Source: Balanoglossus misakiensis (taxonomy: Eukaryota; Animalia; Hemichordata). From it: DNA of 64,000 nucleotides. Below, piece after piece: positions 1-13,462 of this stretch (position 1 is its first letter; every line of letters starts with the position of its first letter). The notes under the pieces are model-generated. The model did not search any database, had not been told where the DNA came from, and saw only the letters and a list, made by a program, of their open reading frames with translations. The position numbers and the translations under genes were made by a program. Location of the stretch: positions 13,771,903-13,835,902 of the forward strand of contig CM082577.2 in NCBI GenBank assembly GCA_040954595.2, given 5' to 3'.

Positions 1-55
1 GAGATGCTGACGAGAAACTGAGAACGTGTTCAGGTCCGAAACTCAAATCATTCAA

Positions 56-1290
56 GATGGCGACCTCACCAAAGCGCTACAGCTGTCACCCAAAGAACGC
101 AACGAGGTGATTTTGAAGTAACTGTTTCAGATAAAGGAAGAGATGTCATAGATTGAACCAGTAAAAAATAAGTAGCGGAATTACGAAAATAATTTATTAG
201 ATGTGGAGAAGTCTTTGACTCATGCTTATGAACGCATCGAGGCGACGGAAAATTCCCAACAACTTTCGATTCAGACGGAGACAGCTGTCCAGAGACTCAA
301 AGAAAAAAAGAAAATAAATCTGTGAAACTGGCAAGAGGGTGGGACAATTTGAAGAAAGAGGTGAAGATTTGGAAAACAGAAACCAGCGAACAAATCTATA
401 TTTTAGCAATGTTCCAGAGAAGGTAGAAGGGGAAAACTGTGCCAAATTTATTCGGAATTTCATCTATGACCACATGAAGGTAAAAGGACTTCCCGACCAC
501 CTGTTGTTTCATCGTGCATTTAGAATTCCGGCCAATCCAACTGCAGACGGGAAACCTAGAACTATTATGGTGGTCTTCGGTAACTCCAACAAATTTTGTT
601 TGTGGCCCCTGGATGCCTGAAAGGAAACAAGTTGAAAGGAAACCACATCAGAACGTGGATGTTTCAGAGACATACTGTAGGTTATGCTCTGGTGAACAAA
701 TAGAAGACGAGTATCATACACTTTGTACTTGTTTGCCCCTTATATGACTGACTAAGAAAACAATATTTTGGTGACACTAAGAACACTCACTTTCAAATGT
801 TTGTAAATATCATGAGTGCATCAGAATTCTCCAAGATTCTTTTGTTATGTAATTATGTTTACAATGCCTTTAACATTAAAGAAACTGTGTTAAAAAAACA
901 TGAATCCTTACAATAATCTGCTAAGTTCCTCGCTTTGTATCCTGATGAGTATGTACTTCCACACATCTGCTGTTTGATGTTGTCACTTGTACTATTTGAG
1001 TACATATGTATTATTTATTTCATTTTCGTACAATTTTCTGATTACCTTTATACCCCCTTGCTTATGGGCTGGAGGCCTTGAAAAGCAATAAACGTGCACT
1101 GTAGTGCACCTGAACTTGAAAAGAAACCAAATATATGTGTCTGACGATGTAAGCAAGAAAGTATACGCGGAACGCAAGAGGCTACTACCAGTATGCAAGC
1201 AAGATAAAAAGAGAAGCGTCTACGAAAAGCTGCTACATAGCTTGGAAAGTGCCGGCAACACTCGTGATCAAGTACGCTAACGGCGACAAA
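56..1290 (+). pseudogene. Degenerate non-LTR retrotransposon ORF1 (L1/Tx1-type), split by a later insertion
   Basis: 339-590 reads EDLENRNQRTNLYFSNVPE...FHRAFRI...KPRTIMVVF, an L1-type ORF1 RRM-like motif set. After removing 646-1115 it continues KLKGNQIYVSDDVSKKVYAERKRLLPVCK. Frameshifts and stops present. Confidence 0.75.
646..1115 (+). mobile_element. 5'-truncated LINE 3' end with ~14-bp target-site duplication
   Basis: Encodes a YCRLC...IEDEYH..C C-terminal ORF2 zinc-knuckle motif; AATAAA near 1087; flanked by ttgaaaggaaacca (632-645) and ttgaaaagaaacca (1116-1129). Confidence 0.7.
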
Positions 1291-1837
1291 AAAAACTCAC
1301 GGTAAATGACATTCCAGAGATATGAAATTTGTAAATGAAAACTGGATAGTAGAGTATGTCTTTGAATTACCGTAACACTGTATACATAGAATAACGGTTA
1401 CGTTGTCGGCTATTGATTTCAAATAATGGCTAAACCCCAAATGTTGGCATAATTGTGCACTTTGGTTTTTTTTAAAAAGTGCCAATAATGGGGGTGAGAG
1501 TGTGAATGTCAGTATATGGCCACTAGAGGGCGCTGTCTTTTGGAATCCATATTGAAAAATATCGCCATGGGTCAATGAATAATTGTACCAAATTTCATGC
1601 TTTTAACCCAAAGTTCACGATTTTAAAGTATGAATGTCTGTTTCTGGCCGCTAGAGGGCGCTGTCATTTTGGATCCATATTGGAAAATGTCCGCCGGGTA
1701 AAAGCATAACTGTACCAAGTTTTAACCCAAAGTGCACGATTTTTAGGTTAACTGCCCCACTATTAGGAAAACAGACGATCAAACTGTCATCCCCGAAATC
1801 GGTATCTTAGTATGACATTAATCCCACTTTGGTTTAA

Positions 1838-2022
1838 AGGTATACAGTCACCTCCAATTTACATACACCCATATATGGCTGAAATGGCGTATTTGAGCGT
1901 TCCAAAGAACATATGGTGGCGCTCTTTTGTTCGCGTGTGCCACCCAATGAAAATCTGTGATTGGCTAGATCTCAAATTGCCATGGTAACTATAGCTAATT
2001 TTCCTTAGGTGACCGTATACCT
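1838..2022. mobile_element. Kolobok-type MITE family A (TTAA TSD)
   Basis: TIRs AGGTATACAGTCACCT...AGGTGACCGTATACCT with TTAA at 1834-1837 and 2023-2026; other copies at 6049-6233 and 21895-22202. Confidence 0.8.
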
Positions 2023-3008
2023 TTAATGCACATGAAACGCCCTGATCTTCTTTGTTGGCACTACTATATACACGGAAACTCTATTTTCCGATGCGAAGCG
2101 TCATGCATGTAATAATGATCAGTGTTCGAACGTGTTCAGGAAACATGTGCGCGGGCTGTGTGTGTCCTCCCTAAGAAAAAAACATGAACGGCGGTGACTG
2201 TCAAGTCGCATCATATTCATCAGTGAATTTACTTCCAACTTCAGCCGTTTCAAAATGATATGTAAAGGTAGAAAGAAGCGACAATAAAATGGCGCCAGTG
2301 ACTGTGAAGTTTGCACAGTGCTATCTGAGGAAAAATGGAAACAAAATCGAAACTTAACGACTGACCATATTGTTTTGAATTATTTATACATGTAAGTTGA
2401 CCATATTGAACGGCCAATCCACTTTAGCTACACAACACTTGTAAGATGGAAAATAATATTCTACAGAAGGGCATCAGAGAGTCCAAGATTTCACATAAAA
2501 ACGAATACTTACTACTGAGCGTAAAGAACTACCGATGTAACAACTTTTCACTGTGAAACTTATTCATGCCATCTTTCTGGTAAACACATGTATGTGATTG
2601 AAAAACGCAAAACTCCTAAGACCAGATGCCACTTTTTTATTTCATGAGTATTTCGTAGATGAAGCTACCGTTAAATATTCACCGCCATGCACTCCGCCTG
2701 CTGGCGAATGGATCTTGCCAAATGAAGCTGTTTACATTACAACTGCCAAGTTAAAATACATCCTTCACATGTATGTACAATATCTGCAGTGTTCCAATTA
2801 CTTAAATTGTTGTTACCATTCTCAAAGCAAGCAACTATTGCGGAATATCTTACAGTATGTTACATCGATGCAAGTTAGGGGGATTCGGTGTCTGTTTATC
2901 AGGCCTAGTATGCTATTCTACCAACATTCGCGAGAAAAGCAGTCAATCTTTATTTGTTAAATGTAACTAGCTGTTTTCGGGCACGCATCCATCTTCGTGT
3001 CTGGTCCA

Positions 3009-6000
3009 TTAATCTTGGCAGCTGTCGAACATAGAATAAATAAAATAATTAATAAGAAACATGACGTTGAAGTCTTAGAATATTATTTATTCTGTGTCCG
3101 TTTGTTTCAGAATCTTAACGATGCATGCATTCAATGTGTTTGTTTTGGTAACTATTATCTGTCATAGACACGGAGATCTTGATAACCCAAGAGCAAAAAG
3201 CGATATGAAAAATAACAGGCAGTCGCTAAAGATGGTTAAAGAAAATTTTGGTGGTTCATATATAAATCCGAAATTACTACAGTTTCCACAGATAGCGCAT
3301 AAATTGACTTTGGAAGATTGTAAACAATGACAAATAAAATGTTTATTTCTGAGTTTCCCCACAATACATTATAGATCTGACGTGACGTCAGACTACGTCG
3401 GTGGTGACACCTATTGACGATTCCGTGCGGTATGGTTCTATTGTCTATGCAGCAACAAATTCATGGTTCGGTGGCTCAATTCCCGCTACCTGAAATTGGC
3501 TTTTGCTACCTTGGTGAGTGATGAAAATCTCATATGGTCGACACAATTTCAAGATGACCGATTTTGCCATGTTTAAGAAAGTTCATAAGCTAAATAGGTA
3601 ACTTTGTAACATGAAAAATAACTAATGTGAAAACGTTGACTGAGTTTAAAATGTTGACTACAAAGACAGACATTTTTGACCACAGAATGTCATGAAATTA
3701 CACAGTAAAAATATCATTTCGATAAGGTGTTACTACAACGATTTGTCGACCTTTTACCCAGAATGCAATTATTATAATGTGATTTGGCCACCTAGCATGA
3801 AGTAAAAACCTATTAGAGGTAGCGGGAATTGCCATTGCTTGGACTTCACTGAAGAGACTGTGTGAGGAATTGAACCCGGAGCTGTCCGTTTTACAGACTG
3901 GCGTGTCACTCACCTATCGGCCACCATCCAACTGGCAGCAAACTCGTCGGTGTTCTTCGCCTGTTCGCCGTTCGGCATCTCCAGGTCGTTGTCGGGGTCA
4001 CCGTCGTTGTTACCGAGCAGTCCACAGACTTTGCTCTCCAGCGCCGGTGTGACTTTCAGACTGGCGTGGTGAACGCCGTCAAACGCCACAGTGAAGTGTT
4101 TCTCGTAGTGGAACTCCATCATTCCATCCTCTTCGGTGAGAGATAAATCGTTCCTTCCAAGATCTACCTTGGTCAACGGACGTTTCACGGCTTTTCCATT
4201 CACCTAGAACAATTCAAGATCACGATTTCCAAAGGACGTAAACTTTATCGTTTTGAAATGGATAAAATACGAGAACATGCTCATTATTGTTTCGATGAAT
4301 ATCAAGAAAGAGTGAGATAATATTCCTTATTTCCTTTTGCTGAGTGAGATGACGATACTTTGAAAATATCTCCTGATATGTTGTGCACATCACGCACGGC
4401 ATCTCGGGACGGCGCCTACACACACAGTTGTAGGTTTACAGCAGTAATAACATCACCTCATAATCAATAATTTTTAAAGTCAAAATAATGAAAAATGCGG
4501 GGAAATTCCATTAATTCGAAAGTATATATTTTTGAGTTAAGTTTAATTTGGACTCGGAATTTGTCGCCCGAGACGTTTTTCATCGTTAAAAGATATATGC
4601 AAACAAGTTGTGTCGTTACAATATACATGTAAAAGTTTTAAGATTTCAGAGAATAGGATTTTAATGAAGATGTCTTTGTCTTACCTTGACTAAAGCGTTG
4701 GGTCCGAGAGTCACTGAGTGGCTGCCGACTCGCACTGTGACGGAGCCGACACGTGTAACAGGATGACCCTTGTATGTGCCTTCAACATTTTTAATTGTGA
4801 CACTCCAGCGCGGATGCTCTTGGTGCACGCAGTCTTGCATTAGTGTGTATGAACACTTGCCTTGGTTGGTGAACCTCCTGCCGTCAAGACTATAAATGTG
4901 TGGGTCCCCGATGACGTCACCATCTGATCAAGAATCAAAGGCACCCATACTTCAACATCATACCATTCTGTGCACGTCGGTATACATTTTAAAGTTCAAC
5001 TGGGTAGCCGTAACTTCGCGGGCTATTTATTTCAGCGATTTTGTTGTTATTGTTGTTCTCGTCGTCGTCGTCGTTGTTGTTTTCTTGTTGTTGCGTAAAC
5101 AACAACTTGCATAAATAGTCTGTACCTTTGTAATGAAAGCTGTCGTTTATATTACTGGGATGTCAAAACAAGTCCGGACTTGAATTCAATTGTCAACACA
5201 CACAAGGCATTGTCCTGTGGTGAGACACTAATTACTGGGCGTTTCTTCATTCTTTAGGAAGTAATGAACTGGAACTGCACCTAGACTGAAATACAGGCTG
5301 GCCGATGTAACTGCTAATGAAGTGTTTAAATCTACAATTTACTTGCGATGCATTGAATGAAATTCGTTAATCACTTGTAGACTTTTTTCCCACCGAAAAG
5401 CATTACAACTTACCATCTTCGCAGCAAACTTGGCCACCATCACACATTCCATCCTCGGCATATTCCGACTCTCCGTCCTCACACGCAGCTCTGCATACAC
5501 CAATTTCGTATAGAGTACAGCCTGCAAAGAATCGTGACACGCAGAACAACATCAGTTGATGCAACCGGTCAGCTTGAGTGGAGCTCTTAAAACTTCTACC
5601 ATGAAAATAAAAATGAATACACACGCGCCCCCTGATTCCGATGTCGTGCGAGCCTTACTCGCCAGTCAAGTCTTGCTCCAAGACTGTGTGATACTGAAAT
5701 GCGCGCGCGTTACGTATTAGAACGTCCTGTGGATGGACGCGACGCTAATCACACAGTCGCTTTGCCTGGCGTCGTCCCAAAGTTCCATTCCTTATCGACA
5801 GGCACAGCGACTGCCATAGAGTCTATCGCCAAGCAATAGGTATGTAGTCAGCATTTAGTGCCCTGAGCAGTTAAACCATGGCCATGCGCAAGGTTCATTG
5901 ACACTTTTGTGCAGCGGTTGTGTAGTTCTTTTCCGACGATAAGTGGCACGGCTAACATCATGACTCAGACGAATCGGTCTCCTTGGAACCCACAGTACAC

Positions 6001-6471
6001 TCTCCAAAAATTTACTATGATAATGTGTATACATTGTGCGCACATTAAAGGTATACGGTCACCTATGGAAAATTAGCTATAGTTACCATGGCAAATTGAG
6101 ATCTAGCCAATCACAAATTTTCAGTGGGTGGCACATGCGAAAAGAAGAGTGCCGCCATATGTTCTTTAGAACGCCCAAATACGCCATTTCAGCCATATAT
6201 GGGCGTATGTAAATTGGAGGTGACTGTATACATTTAATGAACAGATGGACGAGGGAAACACAATAAGATTGAGGAAATACTCAGAGGAGCGTGTTGATTG
6301 GTCAAGCAAGTAATTTTCTCATAATTCTTTTTATTTGGGTAGTTTCTTATTAAATGCGACAGAAAGATTTTAAAAAATGAACCAGATAAGTCGACCACCT
6401 TCATCATTTACATATAACTGCATTCTCACCTGGTAATCGTGGAATTTGAGGCGCTGATCTCTTTCTGTTAC
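3009..6471 (-). CDS. Probably secreted protein: dibasic site + 6-Cys beta-defensin-like module + single von Willebrand D (VWD) domain; 5' exon uncertain
   Basis: Phase-compatible GT-AG exons 6430-6471 (GNRKRSAPQIPRLP), 5414-5521 (CTLYEIGVCRAAC...MCDGGQVCC), 4685-4923 (GDPHIYSLDGRRF..QGKCSYTLMQDC), 3914-4203 (VNG...KVCGLLGNNDGDPDNDL...FAASWMV), 3009-3021 (SCQD*). AATAAA on the minus strand at 2949-2954. Candidate phase-1 first exon at 9351-9417 is weak. Confidence 0.82.
6049..6233. mobile_element. Kolobok-type MITE family A, inverted copy, intronic
   Basis: Reverse-complement match to 1838-2022; TTAA at 6045-6048 and 6234-6237. Confidence 0.8.
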
Positions 6472-7273
6472 CTGAAAGGTGAAGAGAAATGTCAATTTGT
6501 GACGTCACAACCTCACAGTCACTTGTCTCTGGTTTGGGAGAATTTGAGATCTGTCTCTCGGCAATCTCGTAAGGGTTGGAGGTGATTAGTTTATTGATTT
6601 GCATTGCAACAGGCGCGTAAAACTGCATAATCCATGAGGGAACTTGGGGACATAAAACAAGACAGAGTACAGAGTACAGAACCACCCAGGCAGAGATACG
6701 GTGTAATTGATGGCTAACGAAGGGATTAAAACACTCGGTTGAATAGCAGATGGCTTTCCGTGTGCATACACTGGTAGTACAAGGCTTTCAGCCAGCAGAA
6801 ATGACATTATCTGGAACATATTGCACGCATGCGTTAAAGTGCCCAGTGTTCACAACAAGCGACGTAGGCCTATTTATTCAGAAGATACGCCGAATTCCGC
6901 TGTCGTCAACAGACAGGCAAAGTCGTGCCCACGACGTTTTCTTAATTAAAGCCTTGTCACTTCTCCTGCTCTACAGCAAGAGACCGAACGAAATGCAAGG
7001 ACGAGGTTGAAATGGTGCAGAATGTTAAATGCCACCTTTTTGTCTCAGCGGTTTCGTACAACATTCTTCTCGTCCATTACAAATTCACTCTGTCCGATTT
7101 GTTGGTAGAAGCAATTCTAAGATAGGCCTAGAGCTCTTTGCTTTCGTTTGCCAAGCCGCAGTCGATTCGTTTCTGTGGGAGTATTTCGACGACTAAGTGT
7201 GCTTTCCGGTGACGTTTTTGATCGATTCAGATATTGTCAACGCAGCAAAGCTAGACTGAAATTTGTCTATTAA

Positions 7274-7566
7274 AGGCCAAATAAAAAATACATGTGCAGT
7301 TCCGATTACCCGACCTGCCCTAATTTTAACCCGCCGACCCTAAACTTTTTAGGGCTTCGTAAACCGGAAATAAAAATAACGATGTCAAATATACAACGTT
7401 TATGAAAATTACGAGAATCACGCAAGAACTATGACGTCATTCTTCTACTACACTACGGCGGCCGAAGATTTAATAAAAAACTGTAAAAAAAAAAAAATCC
7501 CTACCTACCTACATACCCTCTTTTGAAAACCATGTAATCGGAACAGCCCATATTATTTTTTGGCCT
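7274..7566. mobile_element. MITE with AGGCCAAA termini (possibly Harbinger-type)
   Basis: Ends aggccaaa...gttccgattac and gtaatcggaac...tttggcct are imperfect inverted repeats; TSD ambiguous. Confidence 0.55.
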
Positions 7567-10500
7567 TATGTGGAATAAATTCCGTCGAATTATATGGCAA
7601 GTGCATCAGGTCCTATTCACTTATGTCATTGGATCACCCGATAGCTTGAATTTAAATCTCATTTAAAGGCAATGATGATTCGTTGATAAAGTTTTCATTA
7701 TAAGTTTACCTGCATTAATTTTGTATTGCAGTCACAAGTATATGATGACATTTCGGAAAGAATCTTGGTACCGTATATGTTTTTTTCTTATATGCGTATA
7801 ACTTTTCTTATAGGCGAGTTTCTTTGAAAAGAATTCACCCAAAAGAAAATGCAAGATTTGGAGCACTTCATTGCGAAACTAAGGTTTCCACAGGTTTCGA
7901 ACACATGGATTAAAATTATGCAAAAAATGTACACATGAGTAATTATAGATAAAATGTTTGTTGGGATAAGCCCTGTTTTATTAATTGTTTCTTGGGCCGG
8001 GTTATTCGCGTGCCTTGTATAATTAAGATAATTGAACCTGGTTTGATGTCATATTGTCAAGGTGGTAGTTGGCCTCTCGAGTGTACACTCTCATGGGGGA
8101 AAGTTTTACAGAAATGACCCCCGAAGTGAGCATTCAAAGCACTTGTTGAATCTTGATTAATTTTCCCTGCCTCCAACCTCTGTAAATGTCACGTAATCCC
8201 TGGCGGCTTAAGGTTACGACCTATAGGGCCATATTGCACGGTCTTGCCTCATAGTAGCGCCCTTGAGGAGCATGACCCATCCTATATCCACGACCTCCAC
8301 GACCTCCACAGGGAAAATAAATACTTGCAAAAGACAACCAGTGAAAATAAAAACCACAAACCGTTTGGCGCTGCAACTGCCATGGCAACCAAAAACATCG
8401 CTGCCAAGAATAAGGTCTTCATGATGATGATGATAAATGACAAGCTGAAATAAAAAAAAACACTCTCGTGGTCATCAATTCAAAATGCTAACAGATTCGA
8501 CTGACAGGGAACAGTTTGTAGAAAAGATTTCACTTAGCTGCGAATTTGTGTTGTTGAGGGATTGTTTTATGGGGGATTTAAATTAATCTTGGGTCGTGGA
8601 TAATATATGGGACTATCACAGCAAACGACGATGCACGAGTGCCACCATATGACACCAAAACAAACAAACTTTGCTCGTTGAGGAGACGATGACGTGTAAT
8701 GGGCTTAATATCTTGTAGTTTCGCGTCCTGTAGGTAGCTACCTGCACCACTTGATAACGCGTACACTGCAGACCATCAGATACGTTTCGTCCAGCTATTT
8801 TCTCCGCGCGTGTTGCTTCGTCCGATATGAATGTATTATGATCGGCTGCTCGAGTGTTACTGTCAGCGAACTCGGTGATGTAATTTGGTTGTTCTCTCAT
8901 TCTAATCAGTTGAAATACATGTGCGCATATCGTTTCAATGATAGCTCCTCTTGCGATGCATCGTTTGAAGAAAAATTTTTGAGAACGTTGGGCGTGTTTA
9001 ATACGAAAAACCGCCTGCTTATAGCGGAATATCTTTGCACACGTACAGCAATGATCTGTGACCAATGTTTGAACGCCAAGCAAAATATGTTGCAATTTGT
9101 AGTCACATTCCAAATAGTTTAGACGGTTTGACGCATCTTACAAAACGACTAACTTTGACGAGGGAAACTTGATCAAATCTATACTATAATCATTTTCATA
9201 TGCGCTATGGGAAAAGGGGAACGATGTAGTAAGCTGGGATATTTCAGATCAGAGTTATTACCACCACAACTAATAAATATCCGATTAGTACTTTTTGGTT
9301 GGAAATGAGCAATTATCAACAGTATCAGTGAAAAATTTTCGGTCGCTTACCTTTATCGATGCACAAATAGTTTACTACCAACTTCAGCTCCACGGCGCCA
9401 AGTAAATGACTCAACATCGAGCTGGCGTTATCTATGTATACGTCTTAAGTAAACACGGTCAAAAGTAAACACAGCCATACGCATTTTAACCGTCAGAGAA
9501 TAGTCTCCCCGTCGTAACCAATCAGAGATCACCATACCCGCGCATGGACCAATGAGGGGATATGATGGTCAAGTTTCAACCAATCAAAGTCGATGCATAT
9601 GCGTACATTCAAAGAGGACGTTGTGCGCACGTGATGTCGTGTAACTACAATATGCGTCTAAAGAAGCCACTAGTGGCTGTTAATCTGCGGGATATACTTG
9701 CATCCGGGGATATTGCACAACTTGGGAGCAGCCTGTGCGGTGCGGATCTCACCCAATCAATTACAATGCATCTGTGATTTTTCGAAGGAAGAAGTTATGT
9801 CTACACGCCGCTGGTGTTTGTAATTGAGAAGGACGCAATAAGCTGGTTTGACCTCCACCAAAAAGGGCGATGCGGTCGTCAGGAAAAAAAAAAGAAATTG
9901 GCGTCATGGTTAAGCTTATCTGCAAGAATTTCCGTACGCACGATTATAATCAATTGTAGAGCATTTTGAATCTATAATTCTAAGTCAAGGATTTTTTGTT
10001 TGCATGGGATACCGTAGTCAGCAAATTCATTCACTGATGATTGATTTAGTAGTGTGTCTATCTGTAACACAACCAATCGGGGCCGTCGCCACTAGAGTTC
10101 TGTAACGGCGAATCGGTGAAATATGTCATGGTTGAAGCTAAAGGGGTTAACGAACATTAAACTATGTGTCATTTATTTGTACGGAGTAATTAATTATCCA
10201 TATGAGGGTACCGTGTAATGTGCAGGAGCCCGTCGTTAACCATTCGAATTCCTGCATCGCATCGAGAACCTGGTAACAGTTTGCAAGGCTGCGCGCGAAA
10301 TAAGCTCGGTATGTTTAGACAACGAATATAATACAACAAATTAAAGCGGCCAATAGGTTAATTGACGATTTATAGAATGATTATTGATGTTTGATGCCGT
10401 TAGAAATTGAAACATTTCTTTAATAATTTGGTGCATTTGTCAGAGGTTATCAAACGCCTGGTCATTAATTGTCGCCATATTGTTCCGACAGATAAAACGG

Positions 10501-13462
10501 GACAAATCGGCCTAGATGACGTCATGTTCATTTGTGGTAAGGCAGCGTGTATAATGGCAGTTCGCGGGTAACTGTTGTACGTAGTACGGTCGAGACAAAA
10601 TCTGCACGAGCCTCCTCAAATTCAGGTATCAGTACAGTGCGAATGAGGCCCGAATCTATATTCCCCAAAAGACAGTAACTTTCTGTCCCCAAAATTTCCG
10701 TCTGATTGACGAATGCGAACAACGTTCACGATGAGCAATTAACTCCAAAAAAGATGATATCTGAAATGCATTCTAGTGTACCAATGCCAGTATACTACTA
10801 CGGACCGTAAATTGCCATGTTTAATTTATTTTTGCTTAATCGTTTAACCTCACCAGAGCATTTTGCATTCGTGTTACATGATTTGAACATTTTTTCACTG
10901 AGTCGACACGGGATAGGAGCATAATTCAGCTTTTAAATGTCGTTAGATATGGGTAGATTGGTTGTCTTGGTAATCCAACATCTGGGCGCGGTGACGTCAA
11001 TTCGTTCCCCGGGTGGCTGAAAATTATATTCGACGAAGACACTACACCATGGGACATTTGGTTGAGTTTTGTTCAGCGATTTGAAGTCGGGTGACCACTG
11101 TGTGTACCACTTGTGCCTATGTCGATAAACAGGACATTTAAGTCCGATATTTCTGCGAATACATGCGTATGTTGAAATGGTTGATACACGGTATTAGAAT
11201 TTGTTTTGTGCATCGCTGAAGGTCGATTCAACGCGATGAAACAACTAAAGAACGCCACAAGAGTTTTCAATGACCAAACACACAGAAATACGTGTATTTC
11301 TGAACACTTCAACTATCCAAATCTAATAATTGTGTTGGAAAATGCATCTTTTCACTAACATTGATATACTCATCGATGATATGCAAATGAGGTGTTGACT
11401 CAAACGTTGACTTTACTGTCACCTGTGCAAAATAACAAAATGAAACATTTGTCGATGACAAAGACTTCGTCAATATGTTCAACTCCACGTTTTGATTTCC
11501 ATGTTTGTTTTGTTCCCGGGTTACACAAAAGATTCCTGGTGAACAGGTTGGACGTAATCTCACCCGGAAGTACGCATTTAATCATCAGGTTGTCAGAAAA
11601 AAATTATCAAATCGGAGAAAATATGACAACGTGCCCCGTAAAAGTTACTGAATGGGGGAAACAGGAAATGGTTTGCATAGCAAAAGTAGAAACAAATCGC
11701 ACGTGAAACTCGGTCGTCATATTGTACCAGTCTAATTTGGACTGACTTGTTCCTACATTCATTCCAAGTATGAGGGCCGGTAGAGTGTGTTGGTGGTTAG
11801 TGGGTAGGTATAGGTATAGGTAGTGGCGGTGATTGCTTTCAATTTGGGGGTTGACGAACACGCCACTCGTGTATGCATAATCTAAACAAATTTAATTGTC
11901 TTTTGCACTTTGTGATTTTTTCATCCAGCCTTACCAGGCGAAGCGCCCTCATCTCCGATAGCCTGCATCTAGGAGTGCAGGTGCCTGATACTTTAGTATT
12001 AATGCAATCTCCGGACAGCCATGACGAATCGTGAGTTGGTCATATAATCCCTTTTCACAAAACTCAAACCACTGGATAAAATAGTAAAACAACTTGTGAC
12101 GTCACTCTATACATTGGAGCGTACAGTTCTAACTTCTTTTGGCCTACGATAGTTTCTTTAATTGCGTACTCGTTATGATTCGTTCATTGCTGTAATTCGA
12201 GATGAGTATCGGCCCTCCGGGTACCGACGGCTGTTCTGGTACTGACTGTCCGAGCCACCAATGTGAACAAGGTAGCGAGCGCACCCTGCTTGTAGATCAA
12301 CCACGGCAGGGAAGTCCACTCGCCGTCATCAGAGAAATTACTTTCTTCCCCGTTGCACGTAGCCAGAATTCATACTAAAGAGATTATTGTTGCAGTAGCG
12401 AGTGTCCATATCGAATTGTAGACAGACGAGGATTGAGCCGTCGCGCGAGCTCGCGAACTGCCCGACGATTAACGCTGACGTGCACGAAAACTGTCGTTCA
12501 GTATCACATTTCAAAAAAAATAAGCGATTTCAAAACGATATAAAATAGCTGTACTGTTTTATTAAAAAACTGATTCATAAAAACACTGTAGATTTAGCGT
12601 CACTTGTCGAGTTCTTCTTTTTTCGTAGAGAAACCGCGACGTGCTAAAAAGTGTTCTGAAAGGGCGTTGACGTACATGTACCAACGTGATTTCAGCGGAT
12701 GCTGATTCCTATCGTTCGCTAAAGCAGGATGTATAGTAATATCGGATAATCGATGAATGGTTTACCTTCCGTGTTGTTATGAAACGAGAATTGCATTGTA
12801 TCTTTGGAACGGGTTGACTGGACAGACGTGGCATCGGGCGGTTCCGTTTTCCTGTCCAAAATGGTGATACCGATATTTTGATCATTTCCCGTCAACCGGA
12901 AACTACCGGGATTTTTAAGCTTTATAGAACGAATATTGTGTGATAACGGCGACCACTTCCACATTCGCAGAGATTGAAAAGTTTATTAGAAGTCAGTTTA
13001 CTGGTGAAAATCATGCTGACCTGTAAATGCCGAAGCGAATACTTATTTTTAGTAGTACTAAATGTTGGCATTTCGCCGGTAGCATTGGAGGTGAAGCACA
13101 AATTGGCAATGATGAGTGGTAGTATTACGCAGCATAATTGATTGATTGGTGTTTATGTACATATAGGCTCTGCTGTGGCTAAGCGGTGTGGGAGTTGTGG
13201 TACGAACACCAGATCTAGCAGAGAGTGGGGGGGGGGGGGGGCTTTCACACCAATTGACGTCATGTGGTGCTTTTTTGTAACACGGAAATTAAGCGAAGTA
13301 TATGTAATTTTATTCAATACAAGTGTTTTAATAGTTAGGAGTGATATCTCAGATACAAATAGCCGCCCATTCCCTTAACCGTGAAGGTATGCGGTTACCC
13401 TTTCTAATGATGAGGATTTTAGATTATATAAATGTATGTAACTATAGCTGGTATGTTTTGGA

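Noticed and set aside
4500-4509. NF-kB-like site GGGAAATTCC in a VWD gene intron
   Set aside because: A single short motif is expected by chance in 64 kb.
8616-9122. Overlapping 165-aa and 123-aa ORFs
   Set aside because: No recognisable motif or convincing splice sites.
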